Shown here piece after piece: positions 9,500 to 18,550 of a DNA stretch of 64,000 bases. Source of the stretch: an uncultured Gammaproteobacteria bacterium (GTDB taxonomy: Bacteria; Patescibacteriota; Patescibacteriia; 2-01-FULL-39-33). The stretch is taken from assembly GCA_964536975.1 (NCBI GenBank), contig CAZHYS010000003.1, forward strand, positions 15,419 through 79,418, written 5' to 3'. Under the pieces are notes generated by a model. It made no database searches. It saw only the letters and a list, made by a program, of their open reading frames with translations, and was not told where the DNA came from. The position numbers and the translations under genes were made by a program. Every line of letters starts with the position of its first letter. The stretch's first letter is position 1.

Positions 9500-9572
9500 T
9501 AGGCCAGGGTGGATTTGAACCACCGACATCTACGTTATAAGCGTAGCGCTCTAACCCCTGAGCTACTGGCCC
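9500..9572 (-). tRNA. tRNA-Ile(TAT)
   Basis: Anticodon arm CTACG-CT-TAT-AA-CGTAG, acceptor GGGCCAG/CTGGCCT, discriminator A. Confidence 0.88.
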
Positions 9573-9800
9573 ATATTAATTATATTCTAAACATTTGTAA
9601 CTAATTTTATCACAACACCTTCTAGCCCCGCCTGCCCGCCTCGCGTCGGCGCGAGCCGAGGCGGAAAATACTATTCATTATTTTTTTGTCTTTAAACCCC
9701 TCCCTACCCTCCCCTTCGGATAATGGGAGGGAAAAAAGAAATATCACCTCTCTAAATATACTTCATTGTCGTTATTTTTTCAAGCTCTTTCAGTGAGTTT

Positions 9801-10946
9801 TTAAATCTTTTTCAGGAAATTATTGATCTCTTCAACAATTTCTCGCTCCGCCTCCACGAGCGATTTTCCAAACAGAGAAAATTTTGCCAAGTCAGCGTTG
9901 CCTTCAGAATTAAATCTTTTCGCCATCTCCCGTGAGTCAATGCTTTTGACGGAATAAAGCAAGCAGTCAATGCTTGTTTTGTTCAAGTCGCTATTTTCAT
10001 AGATGAGAGCGATAATTTCCGTTTTGGGCATGGTGGCAATAAGTTCCTCCACAACATCGGCAACCTCTTCCGGCGTGGTGGAAGTCTCCAAGAAATCTTG
10101 GCGGGAAATAGTGGACCAGACGACACGGCCATTGTCTTCGCTGTTGAGTCGCGAGAGTATCCGCCCCCACAATTTCAGGGTGGACAAAAATCGAGTTTGG
10201 TATAAATTTTGGATGATTTGCTCGCGCCGAGCTCCGCTAGCGATAAGTAATCCGGCCAGATTGAGAGTTCGCGGGGTTACTTCGGCGGTTTTAAAGTTTT
10301 TAGTCGCGCTGATTACGCCTGCTAGCAGGCTGGTGGCGATATTTTCATCAATCAGGCGTTCGTCCATATCCTTCACCAGCTGATAGACGATTTCCGAAGT
10401 TGAGGCGGCGGATAGATCGGTTAGGTTGATATCGCCATAATGCTCGTTTTTGTTGGAGTGATCCAAATTGATTTTTGGCGTGGCAAAAAAGAAATCGGAA
10501 TTTTTTTTGTATACGTCGCCAAGCGATTCCAGGTCAGGCGTATTGAGTAGAAAAATCAGATCGTATTTGAAGTCGGCGGCGGCAGTAGTGACATTTTGAT
10601 CTTGGAGTTTTCCTTCTTCTGGCGTAATATAAAAATTCAGTCGCCCATCCTCGCGGTCGTAATAAAATTCACCGACTTTTATCTGAGCCGTATCCACGCT
10701 AACAACGAATTTTTGGAGATTTTTGAGTTGGTTTTTGATTTTGTCCAGCGGTAGGAACGATAGGCTCGGTTTCGGCCGAAAATCCTGGCAGACAACGTCA
10801 ACGTTTTTTCCCATTTTTTCCAGTGCTTGCGCCAACGCCAAGCCGGCGGCGATGGCGTCGCCAGTCCATTCTTGCCGGAAAGCGACCATGATCGCTCGGC
10901 TTCTTTTGATTAGCTCCAATGTTTGCTGGGTTGGATTCAAGGCCAT
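9801..10946 (-). CDS. DHH/NrnA-like phosphoesterase, degenerate (DHS in place of DHH)
   Basis: GDAIAAGLAL, INLDHS..NEHYG, ASTSEIV motifs. Confidence 0.75.
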   Translation of the reverse strand: MALNPTQQTLELIKRSRAIMVAFRQEWTGDAIAAGLALAQALEKMGKNVDVVCQDFRPKPSLSFLPLDKIKNQLKNLQKFVVSVDTAQIKVGEFYYDREDGRLNFYITPEEGKLQDQNVTTAAADFKYDLIFLLNTPDLESLGDVYKKNSDFFFATPKINLDHSNKNEHYGDINLTDLSAASTSEIVYQLVKDMDERLIDENIATSLLAGVISATKNFKTAEVTPRTLNLAGLLIASGARREQIIQNLYQTRFLSTLKLWGRILSRLNSEDNGRVVWSTISRQDFLETSTTPEEVADVVEELIATMPKTEIIALIYENSDLNKTSIDCLLYSVKSIDSREMAKRFNSEGNADLAKFSLFGKSLVEAEREIVEEINNFLKKI

Positions 10947-11062
10947 AATAAAAAGGTAATTAAGTGATTTTAGCGAAAATCATCATGACTGTCAACCATT
11001 GTTTCCAATTTGAAAAAAAACAGAAAATCGGGTAGAATACAGTTATTCTAACTATATAAATT

Positions 11063-13750
11063 ATGTCCAAAATAGAACTGCCAAAATCGTATGACGCGTC
11101 GCTGGTAGAAGACGCGATTTACAAGTCCTGGGAGGAGTCGGGCTTTTTTAATCCTGACAATCTACCTGGTCGGCGGAAAGAAAAATTCGTCATCTCTATG
11201 CCGCCGCCCAATGTCACCGGCATTCTTCATCTTGGCCACGCTTTGGAAAATTCTTTGATGGATGTGGCGGTTCGCTATCAGCGGATGAAGGGCAAGAAAG
11301 CCTTGTTAGTGCCGGGCACCGATCATGCCGCTATCGCTACCCAAGCCCGGGTGGAAGATATGTTGAAAAAAGAGGGCATCAAAAATCCTCGGCAAGAGCT
11401 CGGCCGGGAAAAATTATTGGCAAAAATTCGCGAGTACGCCGAAAGTTCTAAGAAAACAATTTTATCGCAAATAAAGAAAATGGGCACCAGCTGTGACTGG
11501 TCGCGTTTGGCCTACACTTTTGATGAGCAAAGATCAAAAGCGGTTAATACCTTATTTGAAAAGATGTATAAGGATGGTTTGGTTTATCGCGGTTATCGGG
11601 TGATTAATTGGTCGGTCAAAGGGCAATCAACCTGTTCAGATGATGAGCTGGTGTATATTGATCAAAAAACCAAAGTTTGGACATTTAAATACGCCAAAGA
11701 TTTTCCCATTCCGATTGCCACTACTCGGCCGGAAACCAAGCTAGGCGACACGGCAGTGGCCGTCCATCCCGACGACGAACGCTACCAAAAATATATCGGC
11801 CAAAAATTTACCGTGGATGTCGGCGCCAGAAATCCGCTGACAATTACGATTATTGCTGACAAGAATGTTGATCCGGCTTACGGTACTGGCGCGGTTGGCG
11901 TTACTCCGGCGCATAGCCAGATTGACTATGAAATGTATCAGGCCAACAAAGATATTGGCATTATTCAGGTAATTGGCTCCGATGGGCGGATGACTCCGGC
12001 GGCGGGAGCGGCTTACGCCGGTTTGACTATTGGTGAAGCGCGGGAGAAATTTGTCGCTTGGCTCAAAGAAAATGATTTATTTATCAAAGAAGAAGAAATT
12101 ACCAACAGCGTCGGCACTTCTGATCGTTTTGGCGACGTGGTGGAATCACTGCCGATGGAACAGTGGTTTATTGATGTCAACAAAGAAATTCCCGGCCGTG
12201 GTAAAAGTTTGAAAGATTTGATGCGCGAGGCAATAACTACTGGTCACAACGGCGACAAAAATAAAATTATTAATATTACACCGGAAAGATTTAAGAAAGT
12301 TTATTTGCAAAGAATTGATAATCTATATGATTGGAATATATCCCGGCAGATTTGGTGGGGACATCGGATTCCAGTGTGGTACGAGAAAAATTCAAATGTC
12401 AAAAGTCAAAATTCAAAAGCCGACAAAGAAGATATTTATATCGGCGAAAATCCGCCGACAGAAGGAGAGTGGATTCAAGATGAAGATACTCTGGATACCT
12501 GGTTCTCTTCCGGTTCCTGGACTTTTTCCACGCTTGGTTGGCCCCAAAGAACCAAGGATCTCAAAGAATTTCACCCAACGACTTGGATGCAAATGGGTTA
12601 TGAGATTATATTTTTGTGGCTGGTTAGAATGATTTTACTTTCCACCTACGCGCTGGATGATATTCCTTTTCAAGATGTTTATATCCATGGCATCCTGCGT
12701 GACAAAAACGGCAAAAAGTTTTCCAAGTCGGCCGGCAATGGCCTGGACCCCTTGGAAATTATCGGTCAATATGGCACCGATGCTTTGCGACTGTCTCTTA
12801 TCAAGGGTATTACTCCGGGGAACGACGCCAGGTTTTATGAAGAAAAGGTGGCGGGCGCCCGGAATTTTGTCAATAAATTATGGAATATTGCCAGATATAT
12901 CTTACAGACTGTTGATGATGTAAAAATTATCAAAAAAGAACCCAAAACCAGAACACTTGCTGATGAGTGGATTTTACGCGACTTGTCTTCCGCTATTACC
13001 GCCGCCACGCAAGCGCTGGACGATTATTCTTTTTCATCAGCCGCGGAGAAGCTCCACGAATTTACCTGGAATGATTTTGCCGATTGGTATCTGGAGATCG
13101 CCAAGATTGAAGGCGGCAAAGATGAGATTCTGCTCTATGTCCTGCGGAACTTATTGAAATTGTGGCATCCATTTTGTCCTTTTGTCACGGAAGAAATTTG
13201 GAAAAACCTTCATGACAAAGATTTGTTAATAGTAGAAAAATGGCCGACTGTTTGGATTGATTCGGGTAAAAAGAGCCAAAAAATCAATGAAGACATAGAA
13301 TGTTTTATCGGCGTAGTCAAGGCCATTCGCAATTTGCGCAGCGAATCCAACATTGAACCGGCAAAATTAGCCGCGGTGAAAATAATCGCCAAGGAGAAAA
13401 AGGACTTGCTGGCCAGTCAGCAGGAAATAATTAAAAAATTATCTCGCTGTGAAAGTATAGAGATAATAGACGATGCCCAGCCGATCAAAGACAGCGCCGT
13501 CGCGGTTGTCGGCGGGGTTGAGGTTCATCTTATTCTGGCGGGACTTATAGATATTGCCGCGGAGAGACAAAGGCTGGAAAAAGAAATCGTTCAAGCGGAG
13601 AACTATATCAAAAATATAAATCTCAAATTGTCCAACAAGCAGTTCATTGACAACGCGCCCAAGGATGTGGTAGAAAAGGAGCAGGAGAAACTGGCCGAGC
13701 AACAGAGCCGGCTGGAAAAACTGAAAACTCAACTGGAAAAACTTGCTTGA
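11063..13750 (+). CDS. valS: Valine--tRNA ligase
   Basis: PPPNVTGILHLGH, GTDHAAIATQ, DWNISRQIWWGHRIP, KFSKS, C-terminal coiled coil. Confidence 0.96.
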   Translation: MSKIELPKSYDASLVEDAIYKSWEESGFFNPDNLPGRRKEKFVISMPPPNVTGILHLGHALENSLMDVAVRYQRMKGKKALLVPGTDHAAIATQARVEDMLKKEGIKNPRQELGREKLLAKIREYAESSKKTILSQIKKMGTSCDWSRLAYTFDEQRSKAVNTLFEKMYKDGLVYRGYRVINWSVKGQSTCSDDELVYIDQKTKVWTFKYAKDFPIPIATTRPETKLGDTAVAVHPDDERYQKYIGQKFTVDVGARNPLTITIIADKNVDPAYGTGAVGVTPAHSQIDYEMYQANKDIGIIQVIGSDGRMTPAAGAAYAGLTIGEAREKFVAWLKENDLFIKEEEITNSVGTSDRFGDVVESLPMEQWFIDVNKEIPGRGKSLKDLMREAITTGHNGDKNKIINITPERFKKVYLQRIDNLYDWNISRQIWWGHRIPVWYEKNSNVKSQNSKADKEDIYIGENPPTEGEWIQDEDTLDTWFSSGSWTFSTLGWPQRTKDLKEFHPTTWMQMGYEIIFLWLVRMILLSTYALDDIPFQDVYIHGILRDKNGKKFSKSAGNGLDPLEIIGQYGTDALRLSLIKGITPGNDARFYEEKVAGARNFVNKLWNIARYILQTVDDVKIIKKEPKTRTLADEWILRDLSSAITAATQALDDYSFSSAAEKLHEFTWNDFADWYLEIAKIEGGKDEILLYVLRNLLKLWHPFCPFVTEEIWKNLHDKDLLIVEKWPTVWIDSGKKSQKINEDIECFIGVVKAIRNLRSESNIEPAKLAAVKIIAKEKKDLLASQQEIIKKLSRCESIEIIDDAQPIKDSAVAVVGGVEVHLILAGLIDIAAERQRLEKEIVQAENYIKNINLKLSNKQFIDNAPKDVVEKEQEKLAEQQSRLEKLKTQLEKLA

Positions 13751-13775
13751 TGGTTGGTTTTTCAAGGAGGTGAAG

Positions 13776-14027
13776 ATGAAATTGCACGCGTTAACTATTT
13801 TTGTCGTTGTTGTTTACAACATCGCGGCGGTTGTTATTGGATGCGTTTTGGCGCTCAATTCGCAGATGGCCGCGTATGTTATTTGGGGGGCCATTGTGGT
13901 CTTTTTTGCCAATATGGCAATTAATATCATCTGCGCGCTTATCATCCCGGCCAGCTGGGTGGCTAAGTATTCTGGCGTGGCCAAAGCCCACGAAATGGCT
14001 CGTCGCGAAGAGACTATTGGCGATTGA
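13776..14027 (+). CDS. Small two-TM hypothetical membrane protein
   Basis: SD AAGGAGGTG before ATG 13776; two hydrophobic helices; hairpin and T-run downstream. Confidence 0.6.
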   Translation: MKLHALTIFVVVVYNIAAVVIGCVLALNSQMAAYVIWGAIVVFFANMAINIICALIIPASWVAKYSGVAKAHEMARREETIGD

Positions 14028-14111
14028 CCAGCGCAAAATCGGATTTCCCGCCGGGGAGGCGCGCGCAGGCCTCCCCTTATTTTTTTCAATCAAATCTGTT
14101 AAAATATAATT

Positions 14112-15332
14112 ATGGCAAAAATAATAACCGACGAACCAAAAATAGAAGAGCTTTTGACGCGGGGAGTGGAGAATGTCTATCCTGACAAGGCGTCACTCAA
14201 AAAACTGCTTGCTTCTGGCCGGCAGATTACTTTGTATTGCGGCTACGATCCCACCGCGCCGACCCTTCATATCGGCCATGGCATTACTGTCCGCAAGTTG
14301 GCCAAATTTCAACAGTTGGGACACAAGGTGATTTTTTTGTTCGGCGATTTTACCGCCCAAATCGGCGACCCGACTGATAAGCTGGCGGCGAGAAAGCCGC
14401 TTACTCACGCCCAGGTTTTGAGCAATCTGAAAAATTGGAAAAAACAGATTAAAAACATTATCAATTTGCGACAGACGGAATTTAAGTTTAATTCCCGCTG
14501 GCTCGGCCGGTTGAAGTTTGCCGATTTAGTCAGGCTTTCCTCGCATTTTACCGCCCAGCAGATGCTGGCGCGGGGGATGTTCAAGGAGCGGATGAGCCAG
14601 GGCAAAGATCTCTATCTCAATGAATTCTTGTATCCGATGATGCAGGCATACGATAGCGTGGCGATGGATGTGGATTTGGAAATCGGCGGCAACGATCAGA
14701 TGTTTAATATGCTGGCCGGCCGGGATTTGATGAAGAAAATGAAAAACAAAGAAAAATTCGTCTTAACAACCAAACTACTTGAAGATCCGACCGGCAAGAA
14801 AATGGGCAAGTCCGAAGGCAATATGATTACCTTGGAGGATGCGCCGGCCGATATGTACGGCAAGGTGATGAGCTGGCCAGATGAAATGATTTTGCCGGCT
14901 TTGGAAATTCTGACCGATATATCAATGGAAGAAATCAAAGCGATTGGCAAAGAAATTTCTGCTGGCGCCAATCCTCGTGACGCCAAGATGAAGCTGGCTT
15001 ATGAAGTGGTCCGAATTTATCTGGGAGAAAAGTCCGCTCAGTTTGGCGCCGAGAATTTCAAGCGTGTTTTCCAAGAAGGCGACAAGCCCAAAGACATTCC
15101 GACCGTGTGCATAGAAGACAAGGATGGCAAGATTGGCGTTTTGGATTTATTTGTCAAAGCTGGGCTTGCCAAAAGCAACAGCGAGGTTCGTCGCCTAATA
15201 AAAGAAGGCGCCATCAGAATAAATGACGACAAAGTGACTAGTGATGAATTGGAGCTAGACATCTCATCGGATGAGCTCCTATTGCAACGCGGCAAAAAAC
15301 AATTTGTAAAAGCGATCAAAAAATCAAAATAG
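14112..15332 (+). CDS. tyrS: Tyrosine--tRNA ligase
   Basis: YCGYDPTAPTLHIGH, YPMMQAYD, GGNDQ, KMGKS, S4-like C-terminus. Confidence 0.96.
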   Translation: MAKIITDEPKIEELLTRGVENVYPDKASLKKLLASGRQITLYCGYDPTAPTLHIGHGITVRKLAKFQQLGHKVIFLFGDFTAQIGDPTDKLAARKPLTHAQVLSNLKNWKKQIKNIINLRQTEFKFNSRWLGRLKFADLVRLSSHFTAQQMLARGMFKERMSQGKDLYLNEFLYPMMQAYDSVAMDVDLEIGGNDQMFNMLAGRDLMKKMKNKEKFVLTTKLLEDPTGKKMGKSEGNMITLEDAPADMYGKVMSWPDEMILPALEILTDISMEEIKAIGKEISAGANPRDAKMKLAYEVVRIYLGEKSAQFGAENFKRVFQEGDKPKDIPTVCIEDKDGKIGVLDLFVKAGLAKSNSEVRRLIKEGAIRINDDKVTSDELELDISSDELLLQRGKKQFVKAIKKSK

Positions 15333-15337
15333 TTATT

Positions 15338-15373
15338 GTAGAGACGCATCCCGAGTACTCGGGATGCGTCTCT
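15338..15373. repeat. GTAG-type REP-like palindrome with an internal TCCCGA/TCGGGA hairpin
   Basis: gtagagacgcatcccgag-ta-ctcgggatgcgtctct. Confidence 0.7.
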
Positions 15374-15442
15374 CATGTGAGTAAACCAAAATACTCTGCC
15401 TCAATAATCGTGGCAGAGTATTTTGAGATTGTTGATTCTTAT

Positions 15443-16111
15443 TTATTTTTCTATTTTTCGTTCTTGCCTGAATAGCCAATAAGAATAACCAAAGCTGCCG
15501 GCCACAACTACTACGATTCCCAAGATAAAAATCGGAATTGCCAGAGATTCGGGGAGGTGAGGGATAATCATCATTATAATTCCTAAAGTTACAAACAACC
15601 AGCCGCCGACGCGATGAGTTTTGTTCCAGACGTTTTCCGACGACATCGTCCAAGGAGTTCTAATGCCCACAAACCAATTGTATTTTATTTTGCCCAGATA
15701 ATTACCAATGATAATAAATAGCGCGCCGACGCCCAGTGAAGTGGTGACGCCGATATTGATCGGGTAGCCGATATTGAACAGGCCGGTCGCCAAATAAATC
15801 AAAGCCATAAATAAAACAATCAGACTTTTGAATAAGTGGTAAGTTTTGGCGAATTCCTGGTAACGTTCTTTCTTGGGATCAAAATAGGGAAGAACCAGGA
15901 ACATGATATATATTGCCGCTATCAAAAAGGGGAAGAAAAAGGCGCCAAAGGATTTGTCTCCCCAATTGTCCGGTTGGCCCTGGAAGTTCCAGTGGATGGC
16001 GATCCGATCGGGAAAACGGGGGAAAAAGTAAAAGCTGGCGACAACACAGACGATAACCGCGAGTATCGGCAGCAGTTCAGTCTTTAATGTTGGTTTGAGC
16101 GGTGAAGACAT
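15443..16111 (-). CDS. sdpI: SdpI family immunity membrane protein (DUF1648 + SdpI)
   Basis: IAIHWNFQGQPD, NWFVGIRTPWT..ENVWNKTHRVGG. Confidence 0.88.
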   Translation of the reverse strand: MSSPLKPTLKTELLPILAVIVCVVASFYFFPRFPDRIAIHWNFQGQPDNWGDKSFGAFFFPFLIAAIYIMFLVLPYFDPKKERYQEFAKTYHLFKSLIVLFMALIYLATGLFNIGYPINIGVTTSLGVGALFIIIGNYLGKIKYNWFVGIRTPWTMSSENVWNKTHRVGGWLFVTLGIIMMIIPHLPESLAIPIFILGIVVVVAGSFGYSYWLFRQERKIEK

Positions 16112-16143
16112 ATGTTTAAATGTTAAGCGATTAATTACGCCGC

Positions 16144-16410
16144 TTATTTGGTTTTCAAAAATTTGACGATTTTTTCGGCCACATCCTGGATAACGCTAAG
16201 ATTGAGGGAATACAGAATTTGCTGACCATCGCGGCGGCCGCTGATGAGGTCGGCTTTTTTAAGGATGTCCAAATGATGAGATAATGTCGCCATGGTGATA
16301 TCCAAGTTTTTTCCGATCTCTGAAACTGACATTTCCCGTTTTTTCAAGAGATCAATGATTTTTTGCCGGTTTGGCTCGGATAAGGCGGCAAAAGTTTTGG
16401 CCAGCAGCAT
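16144..16410 (-). CDS. sdpR: ArsR-family repressor, SdpR-like
   Basis: FAALSEPNRQKII..LSHHLDILK..GQQILYSLN, directly upstream of sdpI. Confidence 0.85.
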   Translation of the reverse strand: MLLAKTFAALSEPNRQKIIDLLKKREMSVSEIGKNLDITMATLSHHLDILKKADLISGRRDGQQILYSLNLSVIQDVAEKIVKFLKTK

Positions 16411-16418
16411 AGGATAGA

Positions 16419-16440
16419 TATTTAGATGTATATCTAAATA
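16419..16440. promoter_or_regulatory. Probable SdpR operator
   Basis: Perfect inverted repeat tatttagat-gtat-atctaaata just upstream of the sdpR start. Confidence 0.65.
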
Positions 16441-16487
16441 TTAACAAAACAAAAACCCCCTGTCAAGAGGGGGCTTGGCTCCATTGG

Positions 16488-18122
16488 CTATTCGGCGATT
16501 TCTTCCTTTTTCTCATTGATAAACGAGACGGTTTTTTCCAAAAACTCCACCAGCATTTTGAACGGCGTTTCAATGATAAAATCCAGGATATACAAGAAGA
16601 TGTTGATTTTGGAAAAATTGGTGGAGAAAAATCGGCCGACGCGGATAATCGGCAGAGAAACAATGTCCACAAGCAAATTAATAAGATTATCTTTGCGCGG
16701 AACGACGGAAAGCTGTTTGGCGAGAGAGCGCAGTCGAAAACCGAAAAAACTGACGACAGTAAGAAAGAATACGAATAGTATCCCGCTCAAGATGTTGAAA
16801 TTCAGTCTTTGCAAGACAGCGACGACAATTCCAAAGGACACGCCAAACATTATTAAATAGATAAAATTAAACACAAAATATCCGGCCGACCCCTTGTCCA
16901 TTAGCTTTTTCGGTTTGAATATCAGATTTCTATCCTGATTATAGATGATCTTTTTTATTTCAGTAATAATAATATTGGTGTTTTTCACGCCAGGAATACG
17001 GATAGCCATGGCGATGATTGACATTAAAATCGGATGAAAAGAGATATTTATTATAAGCGCTTGCCAATTGATATGTTTGGCAATAAGAACATCATAAGGC
17101 AACTCCAGAATAAAAGCCAGGATTGTCTTGGTGAAAAAAATATAAATTATCACTCGGATGATCGTGCCCAATAGTTTGCTTTTTATCCGCGCCTGATCGG
17201 ATCTTACAATTTCTTTGATTTTTTCCTCCAGCTCATCAGAATTGGCAATAAGGGAATTGATGTTTTTTGGATTTTTATCAACAAGTTCTTTGATAATAGT
17301 GAAAAAAACCGCTTGTGTTTTGGCCGCTCGGCTCAATTGGAACGCGAAAGGATGCGACAAATTTTTATTGATTCGGCCATAAATCGTGGCAATATCTCGA
17401 CAGAATTCTTTTATCTCTACTTCTGTCGCCTGCCGCCAATTTGGCAGGTATAATTTTAGCAGGGCGTATCTTAGCGCCGGCAAATCGGCTTTATTGAGGT
17501 TTTTGAGAGTGGCGATGTAGAGTTGGAGATTTTTTTCCTTCTCGTCGATTTTGGTATTGGCAAAATGAAGATTCTCTACCAAATGAGAATACATCAGGTT
17601 GGCCGCCGCCTCGTCCTTGCGGCTTTGGACCGGTGATAGGAATTCATTGATTTCGCAGGAGGCAATGCCTACTGTCCAGGCAATCGCTTTCTTGGCCTGG
17701 GGCAACTCCTCTTTGGCAATATAATTGACGATGAGCAGATATTTTTCTATCACTCTGGCCAATTCGTCAATAACCGTCTCCGGCAGTTGGTCATTGGGCA
17801 GATATTTGGCGCGGATAAATTCGTAGACGAGGGTCTGGCTGATTTTTTGCGCCTGGCCTTCCTGCAGGAATAAAATCTGCCGCCGTAGGATTCGCTCAAT
17901 CGCGTTGCGGCGGACCAAGTGTTCTTCGTTGTAGTCAATGGCATTGCGGAATTTTTCATAAAAAAAACCGAGCTTGGAGACCAATTGGCTCAGTTTTATT
18001 TTTTCAACATTGTCGGGAATCGGTTGTTCATGGCTGTGAAGGTAGGTGTCTATCAGCCATTTGATTTCATTGCTTATTTCCATAGATAACTCCATTATAG
18101 CCTTTTTGGTCGGCTTTTTCAA
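16488..18122 (-). CDS. Hypothetical protein with C-terminal TM helices
   Basis: 544-aa ORF with helical N-terminal domain and hydrophobic C-terminal segments; no motif recognised. Confidence 0.75.
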   Translation of the reverse strand: MKKPTKKAIMELSMEISNEIKWLIDTYLHSHEQPIPDNVEKIKLSQLVSKLGFFYEKFRNAIDYNEEHLVRRNAIERILRRQILFLQEGQAQKISQTLVYEFIRAKYLPNDQLPETVIDELARVIEKYLLIVNYIAKEELPQAKKAIAWTVGIASCEINEFLSPVQSRKDEAAANLMYSHLVENLHFANTKIDEKEKNLQLYIATLKNLNKADLPALRYALLKLYLPNWRQATEVEIKEFCRDIATIYGRINKNLSHPFAFQLSRAAKTQAVFFTIIKELVDKNPKNINSLIANSDELEEKIKEIVRSDQARIKSKLLGTIIRVIIYIFFTKTILAFILELPYDVLIAKHINWQALIINISFHPILMSIIAMAIRIPGVKNTNIIITEIKKIIYNQDRNLIFKPKKLMDKGSAGYFVFNFIYLIMFGVSFGIVVAVLQRLNFNILSGILFVFFLTVVSFFGFRLRSLAKQLSVVPRKDNLINLLVDIVSLPIIRVGRFFSTNFSKINIFLYILDFIIETPFKMLVEFLEKTVSFINEKKEEIAE

Positions 18123-18216
18123 TGGCTGGTTGTCATTAGTATTTTTGCCAGATGATTTAAAAAGAAAAAATCCGTTCCGAAACCCCTCGGAACGGATGAC
18201 GTGACATATAAGGCGG

Positions 18217-18420
18217 TTATGTCCGCCTCGTTTGTCTTTCTTGAAGGTATAAATCCCAACTGGTTTGCGCTTCAGAGATATTATTGGCTCCTATCGCCTT
18301 ATTGTGAAATTCCCAGTTCGAGTGCGTCAGGGCCATGCCTCGTAAGAACTCCAAGGCATTGTCTTCCCTCAACCTTTCCGGAGTGTTTGGCGGGCGTAGA
18401 TATGCCGGCGTTATGCTCAT
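18217..18420 (-). CDS. Small hypothetical protein
   Basis: SD AAGGAGGTG 4 nt before ATG; downstream hairpin atccgttccga/tcggaacggat followed by a T-run on the minus strand. Confidence 0.5.
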   Translation of the reverse strand: MSITPAYLRPPNTPERLREDNALEFLRGMALTHSNWEFHNKAIGANNISEAQTSWDLYLQERQTRRT

Positions 18421-18550
18421 AAGCCACCTCCTTAGTCATATTTGTACCGTACTGCGCCTCCTTTTACTTAAAGATATTATAAAATTTTCATCGTCTTTTG
18501 CAAACAGTTTTTGTCAATAGTCGGCCAAGACTTTCGTCGGATGTGCTATA

